A stretch of 64,000 nucleotides of DNA from an uncultured Christensenellaceae bacterium (GCA_910587795.1 CAJUNH010000002.1:67346-131345); one strand, 5' to 3'. Counted from the stretch's first letter, positions 54,201-63,760 are shown. Notes: generated from the sequence alone by a model not told the origin. Made by a program: numbers and translations.

Positions 54201-54674
54201 TTTGCAGAATATTTTGTACGCTCTGTTAAACACGTCGTCGTTTTCTGCAAAGTATTGCAAAAACACTTTGTCCATTGCGCTTTTTCGCAGATTGTTTACT
54301 ACGTTTGTGTCCAACACCGTATATGACGGATCGATATCGACAACATAAAAATAATTACGCAGAATTTCGCTGCAAAATGAGTGCAGCGTACATATACTTG
54401 CCGTTTCTATCCTTTCCAACTGGTCGACAATATGCTTGTCGTTCCGTTTTTGGGCAAGCTTAGAGGCAAGGCGGTTTTTCATTTCGGCGGCGGCAAGGTT
54501 TGTAAACGTTACCACTACTATTTGAGATATATCCGCGCCCTCGCTTAGCAGCTGCGCAATGCGTTCTATCATAACGGTTGTTTTGCCCGTGCCTGCCGAG
54601 GCGGAAACCAACATATCCTGCCCGCGCAGATTTATTACGCTTTGCTGCGCCGATGTGTATTTGTTTTCGCTCAT
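51264..54674 (-). CDS. addA: ATP-dependent helicase/nuclease subunit A (AddA/RexA; UvrD-like helicase + RecB-type nuclease)
   Basis: Walker A ASAGTGKT, Walker B FVDEYQDT, C-terminal nuclease motif AAVIDFKYT. It overlaps the addB stop by 4 nt. Confidence 0.9.
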   Translation of the reverse strand: MSENKYTSAQQSVINLRGQDMLVSASAGTGKTTVMIERIAQLLSEGADISQIVVVTFTNLAAAEMKNRLASKLAQKRNDKHIVDQLERIETASICTLHSFCSEILRNYFYVVDIDPSYTVLDTNVVNNLRKSAMDKVFLQYFAENDDVFNRAYKIFCKSRQQSNFYGLLFQLYDFSRCIPNFYDWYQSKRKNLINLDGNDNPIITTLLNNIKQNVKYFTEAVSALKVRAQNFGWVFAEAFAQDEEMLNAIRTDNPEHALGDLFSFKMVSLPARNKNRSFSVFDLTDKEAEEQIRYDYEQITEEFGKFAKKYNELSRGQSYAELQRQTRQTVVYLDKLAEIITRFDKEYYSLKKERGGVDFNDLEHLTLKILMDNEAFDSVRGKYKLIFVDEYQDTNPVQEEIISKLASGGNLFMVGDVKQSIYGFRGCEPSIFVDKCAKFKENGSGYVVELNDNFRSNGEVLDFVNAVFGLIMTDGFGKVDYKGTARLNGVNPPVLSVPSARIDFVLPSPKIKKEIDSIYDITEDAESNSFNRQGAMIVKRIRQYVGKTYTLKNGETRRIQYGDIVILFRTLQKKALAIYNDLISANIPVVAGFNVDGYATKEIKDLINLLRVLDNPYNDVYLVGVCLSCLGGFCESELGEIRLSTGGRMPFYDRLKKYVQNGGDSALTAKVNKLFDLLEELRFYSRSASVSEVVLKTMELTQYQLYVQGLPNSGLRLRKLYNFADSVKDAPYAQSIDKFLSYVDEAENNELDAGTGNSNAVRMMTMHASKGLEFPVVIIADLEHGFHKDTDSVNCNFDMGLAMKYYDFDTMTYSPTLATAAYGMCNVTKQREEEMRLLYVAMTRAKYALNLVACATEEQINGFAKLPQNANSHLDWILAAINYNAGQIAKELGDKLSVKIYGENLEFEYGSKEPTVQICPQEKDEKAVTDRINYEYPYAKQRDMPCKVVSSALDKAYIGLHEHPEPALAQDGERNYVGTAYHKVYQYADYSADRAEICKTIASLVADGQIEQSIADKLDVDLIFATLHNPDLVKLLYQGKVYHEMPFMLYAPYNQVSPNGQFTDEVILQGVIDLLVIRGDKAAVIDFKYTSHSDRIRQNYSAQLNSYKLAVNKICGIDDVDCYVLSIADNKLIKM

Positions 54675-57600
54675 TTTATCTTCACCGTTTTATCTATAGT
54701 GTTTTTGTTAACAGTATCGGTTACTTTACGCGCGTCGTATGAGTAAACGTCGTTAAAATAACATATATCTTTGTAATCGCAGTAATCACACGCTCCCTCG
54801 TAAGGTTTTACCGCGGCGTACCCCTCCGTCATAAGTCTGCCCGCAGCTGCAATCAATTCAAACGCATACTTTACCTGATTGTCAAACTGTTCGTCGCTAA
54901 GTAAGTTTCCGCCTATTTTGCTGAGTTCGCCGTTGCTTTTAAGCCTTAGACCCAACGTCGCGCTTTTGCCCTGCCTTAACTTTGTATCGATTGCGCACGC
55001 TATGTCTGCGTCGTCCAGCGTACGTCCGTTGTAAAAGTACACCTTTTCCGCGCCCGCCTGCGAAAAATTATTGTGAATATTAAAGTAATAAAATCCCGCG
55101 GGACGCAGTTCGGGGTACAAGTTTTTAACAGCCTTTACATACACCAAAAGCTGCATTTTGTGTCCTAAGTACAAGTCCTTTTCGCCGTAATGCGCCGCGC
55201 CCGCACCGCTTTTGTAGTCTATTACAATAAATCTGTTGCCGCATACGTCGACGCGGTCGATTTTGCCGACAAGGTTAAATTGTCCGTCCTTAAATTTTAC
55301 CTGCACGGGAGGCAAATCTCCGTCGCCGAAAGAAAGCTCGGTTGCAAGGTTGTCAAACGCCGAAGAAGACAGCTGTTCCTTTACTACTTGACACAGACGT
55401 ATGCTTTCCGTTTGCAGCTGGGTAATTGCCCCCTGCATTTGCGGATCGGCGCGCAAACCTTTATAAAAGTCGTCCGCAAGCGCGTTTTCAAAACATTTTT
55501 TTGCTTTTTCGCATGTTATTTCATTAGTTTCGCGCACGTCCGTTTCTCTTACGTACGTTTCCAGCACGGAGTGCAGTATATTTCCCAAATCCGCCGTTTT
55601 AAGTTCCGCCACGTCGCGCGGCTTTACGTTTAAGCCGTACTGAATGTAAAACCTGTACGGACATTTAAAAAAGTCCGTCAGTTGGCTGACGCTGGTGCGG
55701 GCGTTTTTAAAATACATTTCTCCGCCGCGGCGTACTTTTACGTTTTTGCCGTCTTTTGCAAATACGTAACGGTTTGTAATATCTCTGTATTTTTCCGCAA
55801 GTACGGCATACGCAGGCATATTAACAACCTGACAGTCTCTTATTTTTCGGGTATTAAGTATCACTTTGGAAATCGCCTGCTTTTTCGTATATACATTTTC
55901 ATCCGCCGTATCCGTAGGCGCAAGAGGCGTTTTGCCGTCAACGGAAAAAAGATTGCACAGCTCGTCCACAAAGGGCGATCTCGTCAATGCGTTCCCTCCG
56001 TCCGTTTCGGCATAAGATACGTACAGTTTTTCCGAAGGTTCCTGCAACAACTGAAAAAGACTGAATCGCTCCCGCTTGTTTTCGGTAAATATCTGCGGTT
56101 CGACGTTTATTCCGCCTTTTATCAAATCTTTTAAATTAGCGTCGGTTAGTAATTTACAGTCCTTTTTGATTATTGGCATTGCTCCGTAGTTTGCACCCAG
56201 CAAAGCTAAAAACTTTACGTCGTGTTTACGCGCTTTTGCCATATTTGCAAAAATAACGCAATCGTTCATAATCGGCAGTACCGACATCTTGACGGCGTCT
56301 ACGCCCATGCTTAAAGTTTTAATAAATTCGTCCAGCTTAACGTATCTGTCGCCCAAAGTTTTTTCCGCTTGGACAAAAACCTGCTCTAACTTATCGCTTG
56401 CCTGCCGTGTAACCTTGCATTCAAAACCGAATTTTCGCTTTTCCTGCTCGTCGGCAAATTTTTCATTCAGCACTTTTAAGTTTGTCTGCTCTATTAACCG
56501 TCTTGCCAAACTTACATAATTAGATACGGTATCCGCATTTGGAATAACAACCGATTTATAAAGCGCGCTGAATTTTTCTCTAAATCTGTCGGCGCGTTCA
56601 AAATAAGGCTCGTTTCTGCCTAAATTAAATTCGTCGTAGCGGTAATTGACGTTATACTTTAAACAATAATTTTCAAACAAATACACGTCGTCGGTATTTC
56701 CGCAAAACAAGTGATTTTTTACAAAAGACAGAACGTTGTCCAAACGTCCGTTGCTGCGCCAAACGGCAAAGTAATCTAACACGAAACGCGCGTACGGATG
56801 CGCAGACAAAACAAACTGCCTGTCGCAAAAATACGGAATATCAAACTCCGTAAAAACGGTATTTACCGCATTATAGTATTTATTAACGTCGCTGGTTACG
56901 ACGTACACGTCTTTAAACCTACCGCCCTGACGGACGTAATTTTGTATACGGCAGGCAAGAGAATATACTTCCTGCACTCGTGTGGAACCTTGGAAAATCT
57001 CCGCAAAGCCGTCGGCAAGCATCGGCTTAGCTTCGGTATAGCGATATAAATTCCGCCCTATATGCCCCGTGTGAGATTCGGGAAAGTCCGCCCCTTCCAC
57101 TATATTCGGCGTTATTCCGTTTTTTGCGCAAAGCGCCACAACGCCCTGATAAATATCGTCTAAATACAAATACTTATCCGCTCCGCCGCGGCCCGTACAG
57201 CACGCAACCGTAAGCCCTTTGCCGTATAACATAAGCTGCTCCGCAACGGCAAGTTCCTGCACGGACAGGTTGTCGAAATCGTAAATATAAAAATAGCTGT
57301 TTGCAACGGTTTGCGACGAAGAAACGCTGTCTTTAAGCAACTCCATTTTATCCGCAGAATCCACAAAGCGGTTTTCGCAATAGTCCAAATACCCTTGATA
57401 CAAAACGGCAATATCGTGCGCTTTATCGGCAACGCTGCGTGGCAAGCCGTCGGCAAGCAGCATACGCGGAGCAATGCGGCAGTACTTCATCATACTTATG
57501 GTATCGTACATATCCGTCACAAAGCCCGAAGTATCGAACCCTTTTGTATAACAAGTCAGTTTATCGCGGTTATCGCGTATAATACCGCTTAACGCCATTA

Positions 57601-57850
57601 TCCCTGCCTGTTTGGATAAATAATCGAACTTTGGAAGTATATCGGCGGCGAGCCTTCTAAACGTGCGTACTTGCACGTTAAAACTACCGCCCAGCGCCGC
57701 CAACACTTGGCGTTCCGCTTCCAGCGATGCGCGGTCGGGGACGATTACCGTGTGCATTACAGACAAGTTACGTTTGTCAACGTACTTTAAAGATTCCGTA
57801 ACAAACCGCGAGGCGTCTTTCATTGTCCTTGATTTGTAAATTGTAACCAT
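54671..57850 (-). CDS. addB: ATP-dependent helicase/nuclease subunit B (AddB/RexB) with an Fe-S cluster nuclease domain
   Basis: Position upstream of addA. C-terminal nuclease (VIDYKSG) flanked by Cys ligands: CPYRFY upstream and CDYCDYKDIC (CxxCx5C) downstream. The N-terminal Walker A is absent. Confidence 0.85.
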   Translation of the reverse strand: MVTIYKSRTMKDASRFVTESLKYVDKRNLSVMHTVIVPDRASLEAERQVLAALGGSFNVQVRTFRRLAADILPKFDYLSKQAGIMALSGIIRDNRDKLTCYTKGFDTSGFVTDMYDTISMMKYCRIAPRMLLADGLPRSVADKAHDIAVLYQGYLDYCENRFVDSADKMELLKDSVSSSQTVANSYFYIYDFDNLSVQELAVAEQLMLYGKGLTVACCTGRGGADKYLYLDDIYQGVVALCAKNGITPNIVEGADFPESHTGHIGRNLYRYTEAKPMLADGFAEIFQGSTRVQEVYSLACRIQNYVRQGGRFKDVYVVTSDVNKYYNAVNTVFTEFDIPYFCDRQFVLSAHPYARFVLDYFAVWRSNGRLDNVLSFVKNHLFCGNTDDVYLFENYCLKYNVNYRYDEFNLGRNEPYFERADRFREKFSALYKSVVIPNADTVSNYVSLARRLIEQTNLKVLNEKFADEQEKRKFGFECKVTRQASDKLEQVFVQAEKTLGDRYVKLDEFIKTLSMGVDAVKMSVLPIMNDCVIFANMAKARKHDVKFLALLGANYGAMPIIKKDCKLLTDANLKDLIKGGINVEPQIFTENKRERFSLFQLLQEPSEKLYVSYAETDGGNALTRSPFVDELCNLFSVDGKTPLAPTDTADENVYTKKQAISKVILNTRKIRDCQVVNMPAYAVLAEKYRDITNRYVFAKDGKNVKVRRGGEMYFKNARTSVSQLTDFFKCPYRFYIQYGLNVKPRDVAELKTADLGNILHSVLETYVRETDVRETNEITCEKAKKCFENALADDFYKGLRADPQMQGAITQLQTESIRLCQVVKEQLSSSAFDNLATELSFGDGDLPPVQVKFKDGQFNLVGKIDRVDVCGNRFIVIDYKSGAGAAHYGEKDLYLGHKMQLLVYVKAVKNLYPELRPAGFYYFNIHNNFSQAGAEKVYFYNGRTLDDADIACAIDTKLRQGKSATLGLRLKSNGELSKIGGNLLSDEQFDNQVKYAFELIAAAGRLMTEGYAAVKPYEGACDYCDYKDICYFNDVYSYDARKVTDTVNKNTIDKTVKIK

Positions 57851-57856
57851 ATTTTT

Positions 57857-57885
57857 ATTGTAGCATTTTTTGACGGCGTTTTCAA
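57857..57885 (-). promoter_or_regulatory. Candidate promoter abutting the addB start codon (leaderless configuration)
   Basis: Minus strand TTGAAA (57885..57880), 17 nt, TGcTACAAT (-10 at 57862..57857), then 6 nt (AAAAAT) before ATG 57850. No Shine-Dalgarno sequence. Confidence 0.5.
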
Positions 57886-58001
57886 CAAAATTGCCGAAAC
57901 GAATTTCAACTTTTATCTTGCGGACGGTTTTACAATACCGTTTGCGGTATTTAGGATAATAAACCGGATTTATATTGCTTTTACAAAAACTTTCAAAAAT
58001 G

Positions 58002-58034
58002 CAAAACGCCCGAATAAAAATTCGAGCGTTTTTA
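58002..58034 (-). terminator. Probable terminator after the 369-aa lipoprotein gene
   Basis: Minus-strand hairpin ACGCTCGAA-TTTTTA-TTCGGGCGT (9 bp, one G-U), followed by a short interrupted T-run (TTTGCATTTTT). Confidence 0.5.
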
Positions 58035-58042
58035 TATCTCAG

Positions 58043-59152
58043 TTATTTTTCTTCCTTAGCCGTAAGGGCGTCTATAATACCGTTTTCCACAGAATCGTAG
58101 TCGGCTATCTCGTACGAATACCAACCGCGGCGGAACTTAACAGTCGTAAACTTGCTTAGTTTACTCTCTGCCGAGCTTGTAGCTATCACGTCAAAACCTT
58201 CGCCTACGTTTGCAAGTCTGTCGGGCAGGTTAAACTGCGATAAAAACGGAGTGGAACCGATTATTACGCCGACGGAATCTACTTTTGTATAAACCTCCGT
58301 TCCTTTATTATTTAGGATTGCGTTAAAGTTACGGGTAAGACCGAACGTAGCGGTTGCAAGAGTGTCGCTAATAGGGTCGTAGACCGCAACCGAGGGACTA
58401 TCCTGGAAAGCAACGGAAGACTTGTCCAAACTGCGCAAATACACCAACAGCTGGCTTGCATCCAAACACGCCGCACCCTTGCTCAGTTTTAATTTACGTT
58501 CCTCGGCTTCGCCGTTATCTACCGTTACGGTTGCCGTTTGATTTTCAAAGTCGTAAACGGTTTTGTAATCGTGCTTAAATACGTTTTGATGTGTTTTACC
58601 CAGATAATATCCGTCCGTTTGATTGAGAGAATTTAGCGGATACTGCGATTCCTTTTCGGAAAACTCCACTTCGGTATGGTTTGTACTGCGCAATGTAGTA
58701 CGTCCTTCGTTTTCACTGAACGGATTTTCCTCATCAGTAGGGGCGACGACATAATCTTTGAAAAGCGCAAGACAGTCAATCTGTTGCAAAGTTTCCGTTT
58801 CGTACTGACTGTACAAAACCTGATCCGTTATAAGTTTGTATGTTGTAGTGTTAATCAACGTCAAACTCATAGTATATGTACCTGCCGCGGCAACGGGACG
58901 CACTTCGTCGGTTGAAGCGAAAATATTTGCTTCCTGCAACGTTACGGCAGTGTCCTTGTAGTAAACCGCGTCGCTGTAATTATACGAATTAAACGCGTTA
59001 TCTCTGCCCAAGTCCGCCAAAGTAATATTAAAAGTATATTTTTGATTTTCGACCCAGCGTTTGGCTCGAGTTGTCGGCGTTGTGGAACATGCGGCAAAAA
59101 CAGCCGTCATTAAAACTAATACTCCCAAAAGGAGAGCGATTTTCTTTTTCAT
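58043..59152 (-). CDS. Lipoprotein of unknown function (369 aa)
   Basis: I moved the start to ATG 59152 (GGAG 5 nt upstream), giving MKKKIALLLGVLVLMTAVFAAC with lipobox FAAC. Confidence 0.75.
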   Translation of the reverse strand: MKKKIALLLGVLVLMTAVFAACSTTPTTRAKRWVENQKYTFNITLADLGRDNAFNSYNYSDAVYYKDTAVTLQEANIFASTDEVRPVAAAGTYTMSLTLINTTTYKLITDQVLYSQYETETLQQIDCLALFKDYVVAPTDEENPFSENEGRTTLRSTNHTEVEFSEKESQYPLNSLNQTDGYYLGKTHQNVFKHDYKTVYDFENQTATVTVDNGEAEERKLKLSKGAACLDASQLLVYLRSLDKSSVAFQDSPSVAVYDPISDTLATATFGLTRNFNAILNNKGTEVYTKVDSVGVIIGSTPFLSQFNLPDRLANVGEGFDVIATSSAESKLSKFTTVKFRRGWYSYEIADYDSVENGIIDALTAKEEK

Positions 59153-59281
59153 AAATACTCCGTTAAGCAAAATTACACATAACTCTGTAAATTGCAGATT
59201 TCTTATTGTTTATATATTGTAACACACTTTTACGTTAGTGCCAACCTTTATTTTATATGCCTTTATTAGCTCGATATGGCT

Positions 59282-59314
59282 AAGGACGTCCTTATAAATA
59301 CTTAGGGACGTCCC
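59282..59314. promoter_or_regulatory. Twin palindromes AAGGACGTCCTT and GGGACGTCCC (shared GGACGTCC core)
   Basis: Read directly. The centres are 22 bp apart. They sit between the ftsH stop (59330) and the start of the lipoprotein gene (59152). Confidence 0.6.
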
Positions 59315-59329
59315 GTTGTAATTTTTCGA

Positions 59330-61387
59330 CTAATCGTCTTTTTTATCTGTTTTTGACGTTTTTTCCGCACTGTCCGTTTTAGACTTAGACGCTTTTTTCT
59401 TTCCGTCGGCTTTTTCCGCTTTATTTTCGCCCTCGGCATTAACTTCGTGTTTTTCCTCGGCGTTTGCTTCCGCTTCCAGTTCGTCAAATGTTTTGTGCGA
59501 TTCCTCGGGCAGTTTGTACTCGTCCGCTTTGGCTTCCGCTTTATCCATATACGCGATAACCTCGTCCACCGACTTTCCCGCCATAAGCATATTTACTTCG
59601 TCCGTATGGATAGTTTCCTTTTCAAACAGAATGCGCGCCATATTATGCAAAACATCGATTTTTTCCGTTAATATTTCGGTAGCGCGTTTATGGCAGCTCT
59701 CTACGATAGCGCGCACTTCCTCGTCGATTACGTTGGCAAGCTCGTCGCTGTAACCTTTTTCCTGCTGATAACTGCGCCCTACGAATATTTCGCCGTCGCT
59801 GCCGTAAAACAACGGTCCTATTCTGTCGCTCATACCCCATTCCGTAACCATTTGATGAGCCGTTTGCGTCAGCGACTTGATATCTCCGCTTGCGCCGCTG
59901 GAAACGTTTTTGATTATCAATTCTTCGGCAACGCGTCCGCCCAACGTCATTGTAATATCGTCTAGCAGCTGCTGCTTTGTAACGTGGTTGTTGTCGTTTT
60001 CCGGACGGGTCATTGTGTAACCTGCCGCCATTCCTCTGGGAATAATGGTAACTTCGTGCACGGGATTGCAATATTTAAGACTGCAAGCAAGTATTGCATG
60101 TCCCGATTCGTGATAGGCAGTAATGCGCTTATCCGGCTCGGTTACTAAGCGAGACTTCTTTTGCGGTCCCATAATAACCTTGTTGATACCTTCGTTTACG
60201 TCCGCCATAGTTATAACTCTGCGCCCTTCGCGTACGGCAAGTATCGCCGCCTCGTTAAGCAGGTTTTCTAAATCTGCGCCCGTAAAGCCCGCTGTTATAC
60301 GCGCAACGGTGCGGAAGTTCACGTCTGGCCCTATCGGCTTTTGACGTGCGTGAACTTTTAAAATCGCCTCTCTGCCGCGTACGTCGGGACGGTTGACGTA
60401 AACCTGTCTGTCAAAACGTCCGGGACGGAGCAATGCAGGGTCCAAAATATCCGCGCGGTTGGTTGCCGCCATTACTATAATACTGGTGCTTGTTTCAAAA
60501 CCGTCCATTTCCACAAGCAGTTGGTTTAGAGTTTGTTCGCGTTCGTCGTGACCGCCGCCGAGTCCTGCTCCGCGCTGACGGCCGACGGCGTCTATTTCGT
60601 CTATAAAGATAATGCAGGGCATATTCTTTTTGGCTTGGTCAAACAAGTCGCGCACACGGCTTGCGCCCACGCCGACAAACATTTCTACAAAGTCCGATCC
60701 GCTCATAGAAAAGAACGGGACTCCCGCTTCGCCTGCAACCGCTTTTGCAAACAACGTTTTACCTGTTCCCGGAGGACCTACAAGCAACACACCCTTAGGT
60801 ACGCGCGCGCCCATATCGCTGAATTTTTTGGGGTCTTTAAGGAAGTCGATAATCTCGGCAAGTTCCTCTTTTTCCTCTTCCGCGCCGGCAACGTCGGTAA
60901 ATCGCACTTTGATATTTTGCACCGCCTTAGCGCGTGAACGGCCGAAATCGATGTTTTGGTTGTTTTGCTTAGCTATTTGACGGAACATTACCACCGCCAT
61001 TAAGATTATCAAACCTATCCATAAAACGGGTACGATGTAATCCGTCCAGCTTGTGGCGTTAGGGTCGGCTACAATATAGTTTGTTTCCTTATGCGCAATA
61101 AGTTCGGGGTTGGCAAGATTTTCTTTTATAGCCTCTTGCACAAACGCGTCAAACTGATTGCGGTCTACTACCACAAACGTATAAGTACGTCCTTGCGCGT
61201 CCTGACAGATTACGCTGTAAATATTAAGTTTAATTTTAGTATATTCGTTAATATGCTCCTTAAAATAAGGCTCGCTTATTTGCACGGTGCGATTGCCCAA
61301 CGTTGTCCACAAAATAAAAAACAACGCTATTAAACACAGCACCGCCAACACGGAGTATATTATACTTTTGCGTTTTTGACTGTTCAA
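59330..61387 (-). CDS. ftsH: ATP-dependent zinc metalloprotease FtsH with an acidic/basic low-complexity C-terminal tail
   Basis: Two N-terminal TM helices, Walker A GPPGTGKT, Walker [32 protein letters not shown], zinc motif HESGHA. Confidence 0.95.
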   Translation of the reverse strand: MNSQKRKSIIYSVLAVLCLIALFFILWTTLGNRTVQISEPYFKEHINEYTKIKLNIYSVICQDAQGRTYTFVVVDRNQFDAFVQEAIKENLANPELIAHKETNYIVADPNATSWTDYIVPVLWIGLIILMAVVMFRQIAKQNNQNIDFGRSRAKAVQNIKVRFTDVAGAEEEKEELAEIIDFLKDPKKFSDMGARVPKGVLLVGPPGTGKTLFAKAVAGEAGVPFFSMSGSDFVEMFVGVGASRVRDLFDQAKKNMPCIIFIDEIDAVGRQRGAGLGGGHDEREQTLNQLLVEMDGFETSTSIIVMAATNRADILDPALLRPGRFDRQVYVNRPDVRGREAILKVHARQKPIGPDVNFRTVARITAGFTGADLENLLNEAAILAVREGRRVITMADVNEGINKVIMGPQKKSRLVTEPDKRITAYHESGHAILACSLKYCNPVHEVTIIPRGMAAGYTMTRPENDNNHVTKQQLLDDITMTLGGRVAEELIIKNVSSGASGDIKSLTQTAHQMVTEWGMSDRIGPLFYGSDGEIFVGRSYQQEKGYSDELANVIDEEVRAIVESCHKRATEILTEKIDVLHNMARILFEKETIHTDEVNMLMAGKSVDEVIAYMDKAEAKADEYKLPEESHKTFDELEAEANAEEKHEVNAEGENKAEKADGKKKASKSKTDSAEKTSKTDKKDD

Positions 61388-61507
61388 ATCTATTCTCCTT
61401 TGCTTAACAAACCTTTCCGTCCGTTATGCTTTATCAATTTATTACCGTATTTTTATTTGCGCTATAATCATTTTATACCGTTACCGACGCAAACTATGTT
61501 ATTGTAC

Positions 61508-61536
61508 ATTGTATCACAAGTTATATGCGCTGTCAA
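61508..61536 (-). promoter_or_regulatory. Candidate sigma-A promoter of ftsH
   Basis: Minus strand TTGACA, 17 nt, TACAAT, with extended -10 (gTGaTACAAT). About 115 nt upstream of the ATG. Confidence 0.55.
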
Positions 61537-61677
61537 TTTTGTGCATAGTGGTAGTATTTGTAATTTTGACGGCTTTATTTGCGATATTTATCGTTTATAG
61601 CTTTTGTAACTGGTGTGAGGGTATTATAATTGCGTTCGCTTGAAGATTGCTTAAAAAATAAAAATATTTTTAAAACT

Positions 61678-62205
61678 TTACACTGCTGCCGAATTTGCTT
61701 TTTCCGCGTACAGTATGGCGTCGGCGATAAACTGCGCAACCTCGCCCACAAGCTTATCCTTAGATGAGTTTAACGTATAAAAATCTGCCATTCCGCGCTC
61801 GGCTACAATACCTACAATGCCAACGTCGCCTATTTGCGGCAGATTTTTGTTTGTTGCCGCACCCGGAAGTATGCCTCCGTCGCACAGCTGTACTTTGCCA
61901 AGCTGCATTTCTTCGCCTACTCCTGCGTCTACGACTACGATTTTACTGTCGGGATGCATTGTACGGATAAAATCGTAGCTTTCGCACAGATTTTCCGCAG
62001 TTATATTTTGATCGCACAGTCCGTATACAAACAACGGCGAACTCATTTGCAGATTAAGCAGTGTGCCTACACGCGGACCGAGACTGTCGCTGAACACTTT
62101 GTCGGTGCCTATACACATATAAACGTTGTTTGCGTTTGTTTTTTGACGGAATGCATCGGCAAACAGCTGCTTGTCGTGCGGGTTACGGATATTTACTTCT
62201 AACAT
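61678..62205 (-). CDS. yyaC: Spore protease YyaC-family protein
   Basis: Pattern VYMCIGTDKVFSDSLGPRVGTLL ... IVVVDAGVG ... GILPGAATNKNLPQIGDVGIVGIV, typical of YyaC. AGGAG RBS. Confidence 0.75.
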   Translation of the reverse strand: MLEVNIRNPHDKQLFADAFRQKTNANNVYMCIGTDKVFSDSLGPRVGTLLNLQMSSPLFVYGLCDQNITAENLCESYDFIRTMHPDSKIVVVDAGVGEEMQLGKVQLCDGGILPGAATNKNLPQIGDVGIVGIVAERGMADFYTLNSSKDKLVGEVAQFIADAILYAEKANSAAV

Positions 62206-62670
62206 TTTTGTATCTCCTTTTGTCTTTTTGTAGAGTGTTACCTTTGCATATAATTTTTAGATGTCGCATTTTGCAATAATTTGTATTAAACGATGTTATT
62301 TTGTCTACAATTAAATACCGACATTTTCTTATGCGGCGGCAATTAAAAAGCGACGGTAGATGCGTTTCCGCAAATCCGTGCTTTTAGTGCAGTTTATAGC
62401 AAAATTGTCTTTTTTTGCATAAGCTTTTAAAACACTTTATTTTTGACGCTTTTTGTGATAAGATTAAAAAGATATATGTATACATTTGGGACGCCAATTT
62501 CGTCTATTGCTCTGCAAGTCGGATATAAGAGAGTGCGGACAATCGAATTAATATATTGTTTTTGACAGACAATATATTTAGCGTAATTACATATATTACA
62601 ACTGAATTTCTTTAATTGAGGCTGATTTTGTAAGACAAACGTGAACGCTGTTCATTTTTAGGAGGTATGA

Positions 62671-63396
62671 ATGGCAATTTATATAGATATAGGTTTAAGC
62701 GCTATATTGCTTTTATCGCTGATAATAGGTTTAATAAAAGGTTTTGCTAAACAATTTACAAAAGGCTTTTGCGGATTGATAGGCTTCGTCGGTGCGGCGG
62801 CATTGACGCTATTGATAGTTCCTGCGCTGCACAAAGCGGGAACTTTAAACGGGTTTGCTAACGCCGCGGCAGGTTGGTTTAAAGACGAGGCATTTACTAC
62901 GTCTGTCTCCGGAGCCGAAGAATTAGCCTCCGTAATGTCCGGCGGAGTATTAAAAATTCTTTCGGGACTGGCTCCGCGAATGTGGTTATCGATGGAAAGT
63001 ATGCAATTATCTACTTTGGGAGCTCTTTTTGGAGATATTTGCGCAAGGTTTATCGTAGGCTTTGTTATTTGGTTAATATTACTGCTTTTAATCAAATTTG
63101 CATTTTTCGGCGTAAAAAAGCTGTTAGATAAGCTGGCGCAACTACCCGTATTGCATACGTTAGACCGTGTGTTCGGTGCAATTTGGTCGTTTGGTATCTC
63201 GCTGATATTTATCTTCTTGATTATCAGCGCAGTCGAAATAGTAATTGTAAAATGGGTTCCCGGCGCGCAGCCCGAATTGCAAAATTTGGTTTCCAATTCC
63301 AGCGTATATCAAATTTTGCATAATTTAAATCTTTTAGGCGGTTATATCGGTCAGCTTGTGGGCGTAGATCTAAGCACATTGTCCCCCATTATATAA
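62671..63396 (+). CDS. cvpA: CvpA-family (colicin V production protein-like) membrane protein
   Basis: AGGAGG RBS. N-terminus IDIGLSAILLLSLIIGLIKGFAKQF and a four-TM layout typical of CvpA. Confidence 0.7.
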   Translation: MAIYIDIGLSAILLLSLIIGLIKGFAKQFTKGFCGLIGFVGAAALTLLIVPALHKAGTLNGFANAAAGWFKDEAFTTSVSGAEELASVMSGGVLKILSGLAPRMWLSMESMQLSTLGALFGDICARFIVGFVIWLILLLLIKFAFFGVKKLLDKLAQLPVLHTLDRVFGAIWSFGISLIFIFLIISAVEIVIVKWVPGAQPELQNLVSNSSVYQILHNLNLLGGYIGQLVGVDLSTLSPII

Positions 63397-63410
63397 AACA
63401 TTTGATTACA

Positions 63411-63442
63411 AAGAAACGCAGATGCTCGCGTTTCTTTTTTTT
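63411..63442 (+). terminator. Rho-independent terminator after cvpA
   Basis: Stem GAAACGC/GCGTTTC followed by T8. Confidence 0.85.
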
Positions 63443-63550
63443 GGCGCGAGTAGTTCGTCCATAAAATTTTATTTTTAATTGCAAAGCAGCGTTTTGTTTT
63501 TATTGCAATTTTTTTTGCTTTATTAATGATTTTACTGCCGAAATCGCTGT

Positions 63551-63601
63551 TTTTCCATATTTTCCCCACATTTTATCCACTTTTTATTTCACTTATCCAC
63601 C
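63551..63601. promoter_or_regulatory. Cluster of four same-orientation DnaA-box-like 9-mers
   Basis: TTTTCCATA (63551), TTCCCCACA (63562), TTATCCACT (63573), TTATCCACC (63593), compared with the consensus TTATCCACA. Start-to-start spacings are 11, 11 and 20 bp. A fifth weak box, TTTTCCACT, lies at the window end. Confidence 0.6.
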
Positions 63602-63688
63602 TTGCATATGCTTTTTAGTCATTTTTTTAGCTTTTTCTATTGAAAAACTGCACATTTTTTGGTAGAATCAGTTATTTAATAAGCAATT

Positions 63689-63704
63689 TGTTTCACGTGG
63701 AACA
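63689..63704. promoter_or_regulatory. parS (ParB/Spo0J binding site)
   Basis: TGTTTCACGTGGAACA is the exact reverse complement of the B. subtilis parS TGTTCCACGTGAAACA. Confidence 0.8.
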
Positions 63705-63760
63705 TTTAATATTAAATACATACACGCCGCAGTATCATTTTCGGTGCAACACACTCAATT

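Noticed and set aside
59302-59487. 61-aa Lys/Arg-rich minus-strand ORF overlapping the ftsH 3' end.
   Set aside because: It is a frame-shifted reading of the Lys/Glu-rich FtsH tail-coding region. It has no RBS and begins within the palindrome region.
62206-62670. 465-bp divergent region between yyaC and cvpA, scanned for ncRNA (6S, SRP, RNase P, tmRNA-like) and promoters.
   Set aside because: I recognised no conserved RNA motifs. There are only weak -35/-10 matches, which I do not consider reportable.
62679-63296. 205-aa minus-strand ORF opposite cvpA.
   Set aside because: It is antisense to a gene with a strong RBS and a recognisable CvpA N-terminus, and it has no RBS of its own.
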